A stretch of 63,822 bases of DNA, the filler included, from Neolecta irregularis DAH-3 (Eukaryota): the NCBI GenBank assembly GCA_001929475.1. It is 9 parts of 9 records of this genome, joined end to end, with 100 filler letters (N's around TTAATTAATTAA, not from the genome) between each part and the next. Parts side by side here need not be neighbours in the genome. Positions count along the whole stretch, not along the records: positions 1 to 12,685 come from LXFE01000320.1; positions 12,786 to 19,908 come from LXFE01000321.1; positions 20,009 to 22,682 come from LXFE01003141.1; positions 22,783 to 25,374 come from LXFE01003145.1; 5 more parts are not named here. One strand, written 5' to 3'. Under the pieces are notes generated by a model. That model did not search any database. It was given only the letters and a program-made list of their open reading frames with translations, and was not told where the DNA came from. The translations under genes were made by a program, and so were the position numbers. Of the stretch, positions 12,138 through 23,740 are shown piece after piece (the stretch's first letter is position 1; each line of letters starts with the position of its first letter).

Positions 12138-12685
12138 TCGTGGGTCCATAGTGTCTGGACTTGGTACTCGGGGCAGACTTGGGGCTCGGGGCAGAGTTAG
12201 TTTGAATCGTTGACTATAGTGTGGCAATAACTACGTTTATTCAACACTAGGTTTAAGCCTAATCTGCTATCCAGATTTAGGCGTGCTTATATACTTATTC
12301 CCTGGGGCGTATTCCCCCAGGCCTACTTTCTCCAGCCTCTACGGATTGATTAAATCGGCCCTGAAAGATGCAGCGATGAGAAGACAGATTTAGAGGTACT
12401 ATGTCGGCACGCGACCTTAGGTTGAGCGCTGATGTGGACTTAGGTTGGATATGCTGCCATAGATACTGTTAAAGAGAGTAACTACGTATATTGAATATCA
12501 GGTCAAAGCCTAGCCAGCCTATCTGGCTGGGCGCTACTTATGTACAGAGTCGCCACATGGGCTGCTGCCGTCCTCTGCCTGCCTGCCCTTCTGTCGATCT
12601 GCCGAGTGGCGATGCCTGTGACTGGCCCGCCTGGGATGATCGGCGACCCTTGCTGCTGCTTGTGCCGGTTCCGATACTTTGGCGG

Positions 12686-12785
12686 NNNNNNNNNNNNNNN
12701 NNNNNNNNNNNNNNNNNNNNNNNNNNNNNTTAATTAATTAANNNNNNNNNNNNNNNNNNNNNNNNNNNNNNNNNNNNNNNNNNNN
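12686..12785. other. Artificial contig linker/gap (N44-TTAATTAATTAA-N44); same at 19909-20008, 22683-22782, 25375-25474, 28078-28177, 47654-47753, 49064-49163, 51321-51420
   Basis: Identical six-frame-stop spacer embedded in Ns, eight times. Confidence 0.98.
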
Positions 12786-13048
12786 GACATATAAATGTGG
12801 AGCGCACCAAACGCGAGCTTAAAATTACAATTTGTTAAAAGCCACATTTTACGAAATTTAGCGCGCGCCAAACGCAGCCTAAGCAAAGAAATCACATGAG
12901 TGGTTGAAACCAAGAAATAACAAGTCTGGTATATCATGAAAAATTGATAGAATTTTCTTGTAACCACTACAAAAAGATATAAGGTGCTGATAAGAAACAG
13001 AACTCGTATCTCATTTGACAATATGCCACAGAAATAACAGTCGAGTTA

Positions 13049-14663
13049 TCACTTCTTTTTCGGTTTAACTGTCTTTGAATCCTTCCATCCCAAAGCTTTT
13101 AGCCGTTCTACAAAAAGTCAAATGCGGGTTAAGTGGGTTGATATATACCCGTCAGTATCGGATGAGAAAAGTGATAAGCTGAATAAAGCGGATCTACCCG
13201 AATGTGAGAAAAAGATAAAGGATAAAATAAGAGTGTATTGCATACCAGCGATCATGGTCGACAAGTTATTCTTGTGTAATCCGATCAAGGCTTTCGAAAG
13301 ATCTTGTGCATATCCCAAATTCAGGGCAAATGCATCTTCTGTTAATTGCAAACGTGGAAAAGAGATTCGTACCAGCTTCGAATTCGTGCTTCCTGCTGAG
13401 AAGATTCATACCGAATTTAAGGAGGCAGTCGATAGGTTGGAGGATATCGTTAAATAAGAGGAAGCCGATAAAAATAGGGTTCTCAAAGAAGAAACCAAAG
13501 GATTGGTAGAAGGAGGCATTTGTGATGAATACGCTGAATAATGTGAACACAGCAAAGAGATGGACTTGTGAGATTATAAGGAGCTTTAGCGTATGATAAA
13601 GCGACCAGTGGCCTAATTCGTGAGCTATTTTGAATTAGTTTGTGGTTTGAACAATGAAGAACTTGCCGAGGACGGCTGTTACTTCCGAGGTCGTGGAATC
13701 ATTAAGAAGGGTATCATATATTACAATCTGTTTGCTCCATGGTAGCCCAAAGAAATACGCGTTGCTATGATTGGATCGCCTTGAACCATCGATGACGAAG
13801 AGCTCTTTCAGCGGAAAATTAAGCTTCGAAGCGAGAACTTCGACATCTTTTCGTATCTCGCCATCCTGAGAGTCAGATGAGAACGATTCTAGAAGGCTAC
13901 ATACTTTGAGCTTGATGAGTTTATTGAACAGGGGTTGAATAAATGTGGGGTAAATGGCGATTCCAATGATCTGGACAGCGACGAAGAATGCCCACATGTA
14001 GAAGAAGAAATTCTTTCCAAAGATCTTAACGATTTTGAGACATCCAGCCAAAACAAGACCGCCAAAACCAAGAGTTAGGAGTTGATGTTTGACGATGTCG
14101 GTAAAGAAGATGTAGTATGTTTGTTTATTGAATCCGTATGCTTCTTCCAGGTGGAAGGCTTTGACAAAATTAATGGGAATCGAGGTCCAGTTGGAAGGCC
14201 AGAAGAAGAGAAACATCAAACAGTGAAAAACCTGATGTATTAGCTAAAACCCTTTAAAACATGACTGTCATACTTCGCCGTGCATAATTCTGGGAAGATA
14301 ATCTAGCTGCCAATAGCCGGTCAAGTCCCACAATTTGAAGATCACGTTATATTGCAAAATGAGGACAGCCTCTACGAGACAATACAATCCCGTAACGAAT
14401 TCGAATTTTGCCTTGGCTCGCTGGTAATCACCCGCCTTCTCAAAAGTGGTCTGATCGACTACACCCTCGAGAATCTTGGGGAGGTGCTTGGTCTTGAGTG
14501 TTTGATATTGTCGGACAGCGAGATACTTTTCGAAAGCGAACTGGCCAATCGAAAATGCAATTACAAGCGATTTCCAGGGAATTTTGGGATTATCAACTAG
14601 TTTCTCTAGATTCTAGCTGGTCAGAGATGAGGACCAAAAGGTTGATGCCCCTAATGCCTCCAT
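13049..14663 (-). CDS. STE24: CAAX prenyl protease 1 (M48 zinc metalloprotease), multi-exon
   Basis: F.LEEAYGFNKQT, DGSRRSNHSNAYFFGLPWSKQIVIYDTL, HELGHW zinc motif, DPLYSAYHFSHP, C-terminal KPKKK; start codon approximate. Confidence 0.95.
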
Positions 14664-14814
14664 ATTTGATTCGGGATTTGATGTGGTTAACGGAAGGGAG
14701 GTTGGCTGACACTACTACATTCTTGGGACCTCTTATAACAAGCAAGGGAAATTCCAGAACAAAAGGAATATCTAAAGAGCAAATTTAGAAACCGAATCAT
14801 TCCCATTATAGTCC

Positions 14815-15295
14815 TCATAAGGACACTAGCCTGTAACAGTCTGAGGCGATATAGCATTCTTCCACCAGTCCTTCCACGGGATGCACGACGAAGCTCTGTG
14901 AGAAAATGCGTGCGCGAAGCTCTCCTGCAAATTTGACGGTCCCATTCGCAATGACCATCATGCCCGCTCCCACGGGTTGGGCATCGTAGCTCTCGACATG
15001 GTGGGTAGTCGCCGGAAACTCTGTTGTGCAGTAGAGGGCAAAGGCGGCGAGGTCGGGAAAGGCACGGCCATTCCAAGCTATACGGGTGTCTGGACGGTAT
15101 AGGGCGGGCAAGGTAGGCCGAGCATTGTCGAGGCGCTGGTAGTAGGCTTTTACGAAGGAGTCGGCGCCTGGACTACTAAGTATGGGAAGTGGAAGTGGGG
15201 GATGCAACGAACGCTTTGAGGATTTGTCAAGGTCGGGCAGCAGAGACAAGGACTGGCAGGTCAGGCAGACTCAGATACATATAATATACATCCAT
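14815..15295 (-). CDS. NXT1: NTF2-related export protein, probably with two short 5' introns
   Basis: ADSFVKAYY..LD..R..L..LY...I.WNG, FSQSFVV and IASDCYRLV indicate the NTF2-like NXT1 family. Confidence 0.85.
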
Positions 15296-15352
15296 AGCCA
15301 GTGGGAGGAGAGGAGCAGCGGAGCTGCAATTCACCACCACACTGAGACCACC

Positions 15353-16276
15353 ATGGACGAACTGGTGAGCTATGCGAGTTCAGACGAGGAGCGCGATAGG
15401 ACGCAGGTATTACGCTGGACGGCTGCTCTTTTCCCCTTTTGACGGATACAGCACCGCTATTAGACTGCAGCAGACATCCACTCGCCGCCATTGCTCGGTC
15501 CGCTTCCTCAGGACAAGGACTACAAAGACCTGAATAAGTACAAACCAGACTTAGACTCAGTCTATAAGCCAGAAGCAGAGTTGGTCTATACTGCCAGTCA
15601 CGACCAAAACACTCCCCCACCACAATCACCCCTTTCTCAAGAACGCGCTCTCGTTCGTCAGCTCGCGCTACCACCACCTTCTGCTGCAATATCTGGCTAT
15701 GGATTGGTCCTCGACTCTCCACCCGGCTCTCCCAATCCCGCCCTCACCACAAAAATCGAGCACTTCCGCCTGCTCAAACAGCGCAGCACCCATTTCAATT
15801 TGACTCTTGCCCAGTCCGCCAGTTTCCGCAACCCAAGACTCCTGACCAACCTCGTCGATTTTGTTGGCCTAAATGACCAATACGGCTCCTGTTTTCCCAA
15901 GGAGGTATGGGATGCCCATGCTTTCAGCGAGGACGCCTATGCACACAGTATCTGTATCTTCCTATTCCGTCTCAGCAGCTGGACTAACGCCCTAGCAAAA
16001 GCACAGGCTATCGCTGAACAGCGCAAAGCACAAGCACAAACTGAGCGTACAAAAATCGAGTTTGAGTCAGGTAAGCAGTCTTCTCGCCCTGAGAAGAGCG
16101 CTGCTGAACGTGTCATGGAGGGGCTCTATAACGGCAGCCACTCTAGTCGCTCAAATAGTTCGAAAAGTCGATGGGATGACAGAGTCAAGACAAGACATGA
16201 TCATTCTGACCACCATCAGCGTGGACAACGAAGACGATCTCGATCACCGCTGCCGCATCACAGTCGACGACAATAA
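15353..16276 (+). CDS. SAP30-binding protein / HCNGP-like protein
   Basis: MDELVSYASSDEE start; KIEHFRLLKQRSTHFN..L..S.SFRNPRLL..LVDFVG...YGSCFP..VWD HCNGP core; RS-rich tail. Confidence 0.85.
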
Positions 16277-16375
16277 CAATGCCAGATTCTTAGTCTATTC
16301 TTTTTTGAATTTATGTACAACAAATAAACAGAACCAAAGACAATACGCCGCCCCTTTTATTATTGTGCTATATAG

Positions 16376-18194
16376 TCAGTGCCCGGCAAATGAAGTCCTA
16401 TTCATTGCCATCATGAGTTGAAGTCCGAGCAACCGTAATGACCACATCCCAACTTTTTGTAACCTGCGTCGTCTAACCTGATCATCACGTACATTCCTTA
16501 CAAAGGCTTCGTAGACCTAGATGTCAGCCGGCGTGTCCCTACTGAAGGGAAACTACTTTGTCGGATACATCGCGCAACAAGCCGCAGTCGCAGACACCCC
16601 ATGCACCGTCGAATTCAGATAACGGTTTGACGACATGGCAATTCAGTGGAATAAATGTTCGTTGAGAATTGATAAATGCAACGATCGGACGGACGAGGGC
16701 GTTATTCGTGTATGATAGATCCGAGGTGAGATACGGAACAGCGGCTTTAACATTGTTTAACTGGACTCTAAGATCAAAAACCACTAGCACCGGGTCTTTT
16801 TCCTCAGTGGAAGTGGGAAGTTGTGTAAATCCTAGTTGTGTGTTGCGTTCGATATTTTCGATGATATCTTGGAGAATATTGATGAGGGTTGCTTTGCCTG
16901 GATTGGGAGGGAATATCATGTCTGCTGTGAAATCCGCTGTTCCGCTGCGAATCCATCCGAAGGGTCCCGAAATATCCCTGTTCAAATGGTCGATTTTCAC
17001 GTCATCAATTCGGAATCGAGAGGTTTGACGAGTTGACGTCAATGATGTAGATTGAGATTGTCGGGGGTGCAACGTGAATAAGGATCCATCGTATGACCCA
17101 GACATTGAGTTCGCGCACAAGAAATCGTAAAACATCCATTGTTTTCGAAGACGTGGAAGTTCGCAGGAGAAAATGCTTATTTGAAATGGCCGGAAGGAAT
17201 TTGGTTGCAGAACTGTTACAAGGAGGTCTTCTAACCGAAACGACTGGATCTCAAAGTCGCCTTCCCGATGCACTCGGAGTAACTCTTTAGGGAATTTCGA
17301 CTGTTCTTCGCCCGTCCAGGATACATGTGTCCGATCTATTCATTCAGTCTTTTTTCCAAGATATTTTTGTGCATACCGACAACTCCTCTGACACCTTTGA
17401 TTTCAACATCGTGAAGCAGGCCTTTTCCATTCCACCAATTCATGAATGATAGCGTGACATCTACGGTATCGATCGTAAGATCAAACTGGGTGCAATTGAC
17501 ATCCTCAGCCTCAGCCTCGAAATCCCAGTCTTGATAATCGACTTCAGTGCGTACTAGAGTAGCCGCCGCAGTAGCTGCAGCCATTGGAGATCCTTTTTTC
17601 ATCGTGCCGTAACTCCTGCCTCGAATACGATTCAGCCGTTTGGACGCGAATACCTTGTTTAACTGGATCTTTCCGGACTTGGGAACAATGGCGGATTCAA
17701 ATATCACAGTTATTCCGGACTGACGAGTTAAGTAATTTCCTACTGAGCGAGCGAGGAATTCTGGGACTCGTTAGATATGGGATCGGGAAAGGTATGTATG
17801 TACCTTGGGCGGACACTGTATTGATAGCCGCAATGGCCAGACTAACAAAAGTCGTAGTTCCGACTACGATCCATAAGACATGGCCTGCCAGGATCCAAGT
17901 GAAGAACGCGCTAATCTCGTCGGCAGTGAAGGCGCGATATTGCCTTATGGTAGCGAACTTGAATCTGATTTTGAGTCTCTGGTAGAGAGAGGTAGCCGCA
18001 GAGAGGAGCTCTACTTTTGAAGGGGCGTGGAAGTAGGTTATGCGCTGAAGATGCGGGTTTCCTGGCGGGCGAACCGTGGGAGGTGGGACGGAGACATGCG
18101 GGCGGCGAAGGAGAAGGCCATGTGTTTTCACCCAAATATTCCTACCGGGAAAAGTATAGAGCGGAAAGTGGGTGTGGACCAGGCCTCTGATCAT
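16376..18194 (-). CDS. MDM31: Mitochondrial distribution and morphology protein Mdm31/Mdm32 family, multi-exon
   Basis: RAFTADEISAFFTW, GTTTFVSL, NCTQFDLTIDTVDVTLSF..WWNGKGLL, ELPRLRKQWMFYDFL, NNALVRPIVAFINS. Confidence 0.93.
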
Positions 18195-18303
18195 TTTTGT
18201 GCTGCCTGGATCGACATGGGGTGCCTGGTATTGTTGAATATTGCGGTGTGACTAGATAGAGTAGGTGGAGGTGAAAATGTTGCAGGCTTCAATCCCGCTC
18301 ACT

Positions 18304-19139
18304 ATGCCAGCTCCTACAGCTCTCCTGCCACAAAATCCCATTCCCATACAGCTTGACAACGGTATGCGTTTGAGCGCATATAGTTCTGATTCTAGACATG
18401 CACATACCAGCAAGCCCGGTGCTGATCGACCAAGTTCTCGCTCCACCACATGTGCTTCACGTAGATGAAGAAGGGCGTCCACGATTCCCACCAGACGCAG
18501 ATGTACCAAAGGAAATATCCTCGCAAACACAGAGAGTCCCAGTCCCGCCCCATAGAATGACGCCCTTGAAACAGACATGGGTGAAAATCTACCCTCCCCT
18601 TGTCGAACATCTCAAGCTGCAGGTAAGAATGAACGTGCAGAAGCGATGTGTCGAACTCCGGGTTTGCTCTCCCGCATCACCATGTCTGACTCATTTTCAG
18701 ACGAGCAAGTTTACTACAGACTCTGGAGCCCTGCAAAAAGGCATCGATTTCGTTCGTGCGTTCACTCTCGGCTTTGATATTGACGTATACCTTCCACTTC
18801 CACCAAACTCTAACTTCCCAGGACGCAATTGCATTATTACGACTAGACGACCTTTACATTGAAACCTTTGAAATCAAGGACGTGAAAACCTTACATGGCG
18901 ACCATTTATCCCGTGCAATCGGCCGTATAGCTGGAAAAGACGGGAAAACGAAATTCGCTATAGAAAACGCCTCGAGGACGCGAGTTGTTCTGGCCGATAG
19001 TAAAATACATATTCTTGGTGGCTTCGCAAATATCAGAGTTGCAAGAGAAGCTATTGTTCGGTTAATCTTAGGAAGCCCTCCAGGCAAAGTGTATGCCAAC
19101 TTAAGGACTGTGGGAGCAAGAATGAAGGAGCGTTTTTAG
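18304..19139 (+). CDS. PNO1: Pre-rRNA-processing KH protein Pno1/Dim2, multi-exon
   Basis: [80 protein letters not shown]. Confidence 0.97.
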
Positions 19140-19844
19140 ACAAGTTTTATGTACAATTTGGTGTTTGCCATATTTTGGTTTTGTGCGATGTTGACTTTGG
19201 CAGTATGACATCAGTGACTGCTCCAGGTACCATATACGCTAATCAAAAGTGGCTTCCTTATATTCCTACTTTTTGCAATCTTTCTGGTCTCGACCGCTTA
19301 GCCTCAAGCAAACATTCTTAGCTCATTTTTCGGGTCAAGTGGTTTGTGTATTACCATCAATCCATCATGCATACATCACATACTGAACAAGTGTTCCTAA
19401 CCCCTCAATATTCTCTTGAATCGCATTACAAAAAGACCCTGCTAGGTGACATATCGGTTCCAATACCACCGTTGGAAGCGCTCGACAGGAGTACAAATAA
19501 GCCTCGCTTTTCTTGATGACCAAGCTTAACACAAGTGAGTGAACTTGGTTATGTATACGTAATTATTCTAGCTTATATTTTCCATAGTTCATCATGTGTC
19601 TCCTAAGAACTCATGTTCTTACACCTGTCCTTCTAAGGAAGACTACCCGAAAAGTCTTCTCAAGAACCTTGAATAATCTACTTACCGTTATATCCGAAAC
19701 ATGGTTGAACGTCATTCTATCGATATGACATTCTCCTCTGACTGGCATGTCATGGGAGTATGAAACTGGATATGCTAGGTTCTGTAGCTGCTTTGTTTTT
19801 TTAATTCTGTAATACCTAATTTCATCTCACATCTTGACCCTAAT

Positions 19845-19900
19845 TGTGAGCGTTCAGGTGTTCCTTTTTGTCGCTCGTGGACTTAGGTTGGTATGTTGAT
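19845..19900 (+). repeat. Dispersed repeat terminus, probable LTR 5' end; identical to 63758-63813
   Basis: 56-bp exact match starting TGT; both copies lie at contig or window ends. Confidence 0.75.
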
Positions 19901-20008
19901 CGTAAGGCNNNNNNNNNNNNNNNNNNNNNNNNNNNNNNNNNNNNNNNNNNNNTTAATTAATTAANNNNNNNNNNNNNNNNNNNNNNNNNNNNNNNNNNNN
20001 NNNNNNNN

Positions 20009-20156
20009 TTTGGTAAAAGCTCCAGAAGGATAACATATTGATGGAGGATTGGATGATATGTGATATAACATATTAATGGAGGATTGGATGATGTGATATA
20101 ACATATTGATGGGTGGAATTGATATGTGATATAACCCATCAAAAGCAACGCCCAAT
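20009..20156 (+). repeat. Direct repeat with about 33-bp tandem subunits; second copy at 21453-21567
   Basis: TTTGGTAAAAGCTCCAGAAGGATAACATATTGATGGAGG...CAAAAGCAACGCCCAAT; three subunits here, two in the second copy. Confidence 0.9.
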
Positions 20157-20401
20157 NNNNNNNNNNTTGAATCTGAAGCCTCGTATGTACGCGTCAGCTG
20201 AGGTGAGTTGACAGGGCCTAAGTAAAAGCTCGAGCTGAGGCGAAATATATCTCGATCCTATGGGCGATATTCTTCACAGTATATAAATCATCTTTATGGC
20301 CATATTTCCAGTAAACAATACCGACAGCAATCTCTCCTCCGTCCCTTATATACTATCTTGTTGTTAGGTATATGAGCACATTACTCTGAATCGTCTTCAT
20401 C

Positions 20402-21055
20402 ATGGAAGATCGGCACTCGACAATCCTGCCTCAAGAACAGGTCCCATTCCTTTCTCTAGACCCCGAGAACAGCAATGTCAAGTCAGATCGAAGTAGCAGC
20501 GTCATCGAAGAGGATGTGGATATTGAGCAAGAACTGGAGGAGAAATGGGTCCGGAACTTGAGTATGCATTTTCGCGACGGGAGCAAACGAGAGAAGTTCT
20601 TCTTCACCTACTTCAAAACACCACATGTTTCTTTCAGAGTCACTGTGAGCATGGACTATACGTCTCCTCCGACCGATTCACTTGAGCTTGAGCTTTCTAA
20701 ACTCAAATATCAGAGAGACAAGAGCAGACGCATATACGAAGCTATCAGAACATGTCTGGAGGATATCGAATTTTACCCCACAGTCACGAACCTCAAACTG
20801 AAGACGGATTCAAAGGATGGCCATTTGCAAGTCAAAGTTACTGAGGATATCAATGAGATCATCCCTTACCCCTTACTCGAGGAGCTTAAGCACCACGTGG
20901 ACCCCGTGACTGGCGAAAAGCTTTATCCAATCTTCAACCAAAGCGAAATCGATTTCGACAACCACATGCGTGGCTTCGTCTACCAGATGTACACAGGCAA
21001 CGAGATCTGCATCAAGAAAAAAGAGATTCCAGGGCCCAATAGCATCGCGTTTTAA
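20402..21055 (+). pseudogene. 3'-truncated fragment of a fungal protein-kinase-like gene
   Basis: N-terminal domain (WVRNLSMHFRD..KREKFF.TY, YQRDKS.RIYEAIR, TVTNLKL, VTEDINEII.YP) recalled from a filamentous-ascomycete kinase family. It ends just after the F..HMRGFVY..KKEIPGP subdomain I/II region, followed by repeat sequence. Confidence 0.6.
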
Positions 21056-21689
21056 CACCACCTGCCCGCCGCCGCTGCCGTGCAGTGAGACGAGGTAGAC
21101 GTGCGAGGAGAGTCATCGCCACCCAGGCCAGCTCATGGCAACCCTCAGACAGAATCTTGTCGACACAGACTCGGTGTTAGCCGACGGTGATCAGAGGCCT
21201 GCAGTGAGAATCGCTCAGTTTTGAAAGATATTGAAGATTGGTAATGGGGGATGAAAACTGAGTGTAGTTGTATTCATAATTGGATCATTCCTATTATTAG
21301 TGCCTCGATATCTTATCAATATCGATTGCCATCAAGAAAGAAAGGCAAGGTGGTCCCGGACTATTGAGGCATTGTTCAGCACCAATTCACAGTCAGGCCC
21401 CCGTATTTCTGTGGTGTCTGCTGCTTAATCATTCTCTCAATTGATGAATTTGTTTGGTAAAAGCTCCAGAAGGATAACATATTGATGGAGGATTGGATGA
21501 TATGTGATATAACATATTGATGGGTGGAATTGATATGTGATATAACCCATCAAAAGCAACGCCCAATTTGCAAAAATCACATAAGATTATGACGTTTGGG
21601 CAGGAATAACACCTTATCTTCTTGCCTTATTCCACATATACCTACTTCTCGTTCACTCAGCAATTCCAATTTCTCTCTCCAAACATACC

Positions 21690-22410
21690 ATGTCTACATT
21701 CAGCATTGTTCTTTCCAATTCACCCAAAGATATACCAACCGAGGAAACACTTGCAACTGCCTGCTCAGGAACTCAATCCTCATTTGATTCACCAGTCTCT
21801 TCTCAGAGAAATGAGCAATCCGCAATATGGGAGTACTGTGTCCCCCGTATTGGTGGTGAGCCATTTCGAAATTCAAATGGAGCCAAGATTTGGAAATGTA
21901 ACGTTTGTGTCGCAAACAATATATGTACGGAATTCAATATTCAAAATGGTAATAGTGCTGTATCCCGACATCTTCAACAGAAACATAGAATTTTACTTCA
22001 AGATAGAATAGCCAAGCGACAGGAAACAGTCCAGAAAAAAGTCACTCGTATTACAGAATTAAATGAAGGAATGCCGCCTCCAAATAAGCGGCAAAAATTG
22101 GGTTTGGATGCTACAATTCTTCGGGAGCTATGGCTTCAATTTATCACCCAAAATAACCTTCCATTAAGGCTACATGAATCACCTTCCCTCCGCAAGCTTT
22201 TAGAATATCTCAATCCAGAAGCCAATGCAATTCTATCATCGAGTGGCAAATATTTCATAGCACATGGAAGAAGAAAACTAAGTTGACCGGAATTTAATAA
22301 CTCCCTCCCATATATCCTCGATCTCAACTATGCAAAAGATGCAAAAGCTAAGCCCACAGTCTTTTAATGGGCTGGGCTAGGGCTAAGTTCAAAGCCCATC
22401 TGCAACACTG
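21690..22410 (+). mobile_element. Truncated hAT transposon: BED zinc finger plus dimerisation region, no catalytic domain, right terminus retained
   Basis: ORF 21690-22286: SAIWEY, WKCNVC, RHLQQKH (BED) and FITQNNLPLRLHESPSLRKLL..LNP. The terminus ...GCCCATCTGCAACACTG (reverse complement CAGTGTTGCAG) carries GGGCT subterminal repeats. Confidence 0.8.
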
Positions 22411-22561
22411 CCAGTATCACCTTCTCCACTGCCACGTGCCTGCTGCNNNNNNNNNNCGCAAAAGATGCAAAAGCTAAGCCCACAGTCTTTTAATGGGCTG
22501 GGCTAAGGCTAAGTTCAAAGCCCATCTGCAACACTGCCAGTATCACCTTCTCCACTGCCAC

Positions 22562-22682
22562 GTGCCTGCTGCACTCTGTCTACCTCGTTGCAAACATCGC
22601 ACCCTATCCTTTGACTGTGCCTGCTGCACTCTGTCTACCTCGTCGCAAACATCGCACTGTATCCTTTGACCGTGCCTGCTGC
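22562..22682 (+). repeat. 55-bp tandem repeat running into a gap
   Basis: Units start at 22562, 22617 and 22672 (GTGCCTGCTGCACTCTGTCTACCTCGT...). Confidence 0.9.
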
Positions 22683-23322
22683 NNNNNNNNNNNNNNNNNN
22701 NNNNNNNNNNNNNNNNNNNNNNNNNNTTAATTAATTAANNNNNNNNNNNNNNNNNNNNNNNNNNNNNNNNNNNNNNNNNNNNGTAAATAGTATATAGTGA
22801 CGGGAATGGGGAAATACTTAGCCAAGTACGTCTACTTAGGCTAGGTATATTCCCCTCATGCAAGTACGTCTACTTAGGCTAGTTATAACACTTGGTCTTA
22901 TCGTACTTCTAAGCGCATAGCTTACAGTCTCAAAGGTTGAAATCTATAGCAGAAGTGAGCTAGAAAAATAAGACTAAAAATTTCGCCGTCATCGTGACAA
23001 GCTTTTGAACCAATCCAGACAAAGGACTTTCTGGGTCAGGAAGTTTCCTACCAAGATTCAGCCTCCAATGGTATTTTCCAACCACAATACCCGCATTCAG
23101 AAACAATCGTGTTGAAAAAGAGTCATCCATTGGTCTTTTCATGAAAGTTTCACCGAGACTGGAACGCCAAGCGCCACTGGGTGTCTCAAGAAGCGTTCAT
23201 GGCGAAAACAAGGCTTTTCTTTTCTTATTAAATAGCACACCGTAGCCCACTAAGGAAGCAGGATTTTAAACAACAACCTGAAACCCGACCCTTCCCTCAA
23301 GCGAGTCAGTTTAACCTATATT

Positions 23323-23658
23323 ATGTTGACAAAGCTCTTCTTGCTGATCATACTTCATGCGAATGAGATTTGCACTGCATCTTATCTCAATCATTTCGTT
23401 GAAACGTACGATAGTTTTGCACAACAGGAAGTATTTATGGATACAGTAGGCCCAAATTTTCGGGCGGGATGGATGACTGAAGAAGTTGCAACATACTTAT
23501 GTGCAAAGCAATGCTACAAAAGTCAGTATATCTGCAAGTCATTCATCATATTCTCACAGATTGATGACTACGAATGTCTGAAATTTGGCACTTCTTCATC
23601 AGAGATTGCTACGACGACACCCGGTCCGCTTATGGAAGTGCGAGGAGTATACACGTAA
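23323..23658 (+). CDS. Small secreted Cys-rich protein, PAN/apple-like
   Basis: Signal peptide MLTKLFLLIILHA; CAKQC...CKSF...CLKF pattern. Confidence 0.75.
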   Translation: MLTKLFLLIILHANEICTASYLNHFVETYDSFAQQEVFMDTVGPNFRAGWMTEEVATYLCAKQCYKSQYICKSFIIFSQIDDYECLKFGTSSSEIATTTPGPLMEVRGVYT

Positions 23659-23740
23659 GCAACCTGCGATTGAATGGAAAGTCTGAGATTCTAGTATTCG
23701 TGAACAACGAAAATTTTCTCTAAAAGATATCTCTCACGAT

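Noticed and set aside
13049-14663. STE24 and RhoGAP genes as part of an extended mating cluster with MAT
   Set aside because: Different contigs separated by linkers; linkage is unproven and these are general housekeeping genes
20029-20135. About 33-bp repeats and the 55-bp repeats at 22562 as a CRISPR-like array
   Set aside because: Head-to-tail tandem units with no unique spacers, eukaryotic context, no cas genes
22332-22572. Tandem duplication of the hAT terminus
   Set aside because: Near-identical copies on either side of a 10-N gap; most likely an unmerged contig overlap
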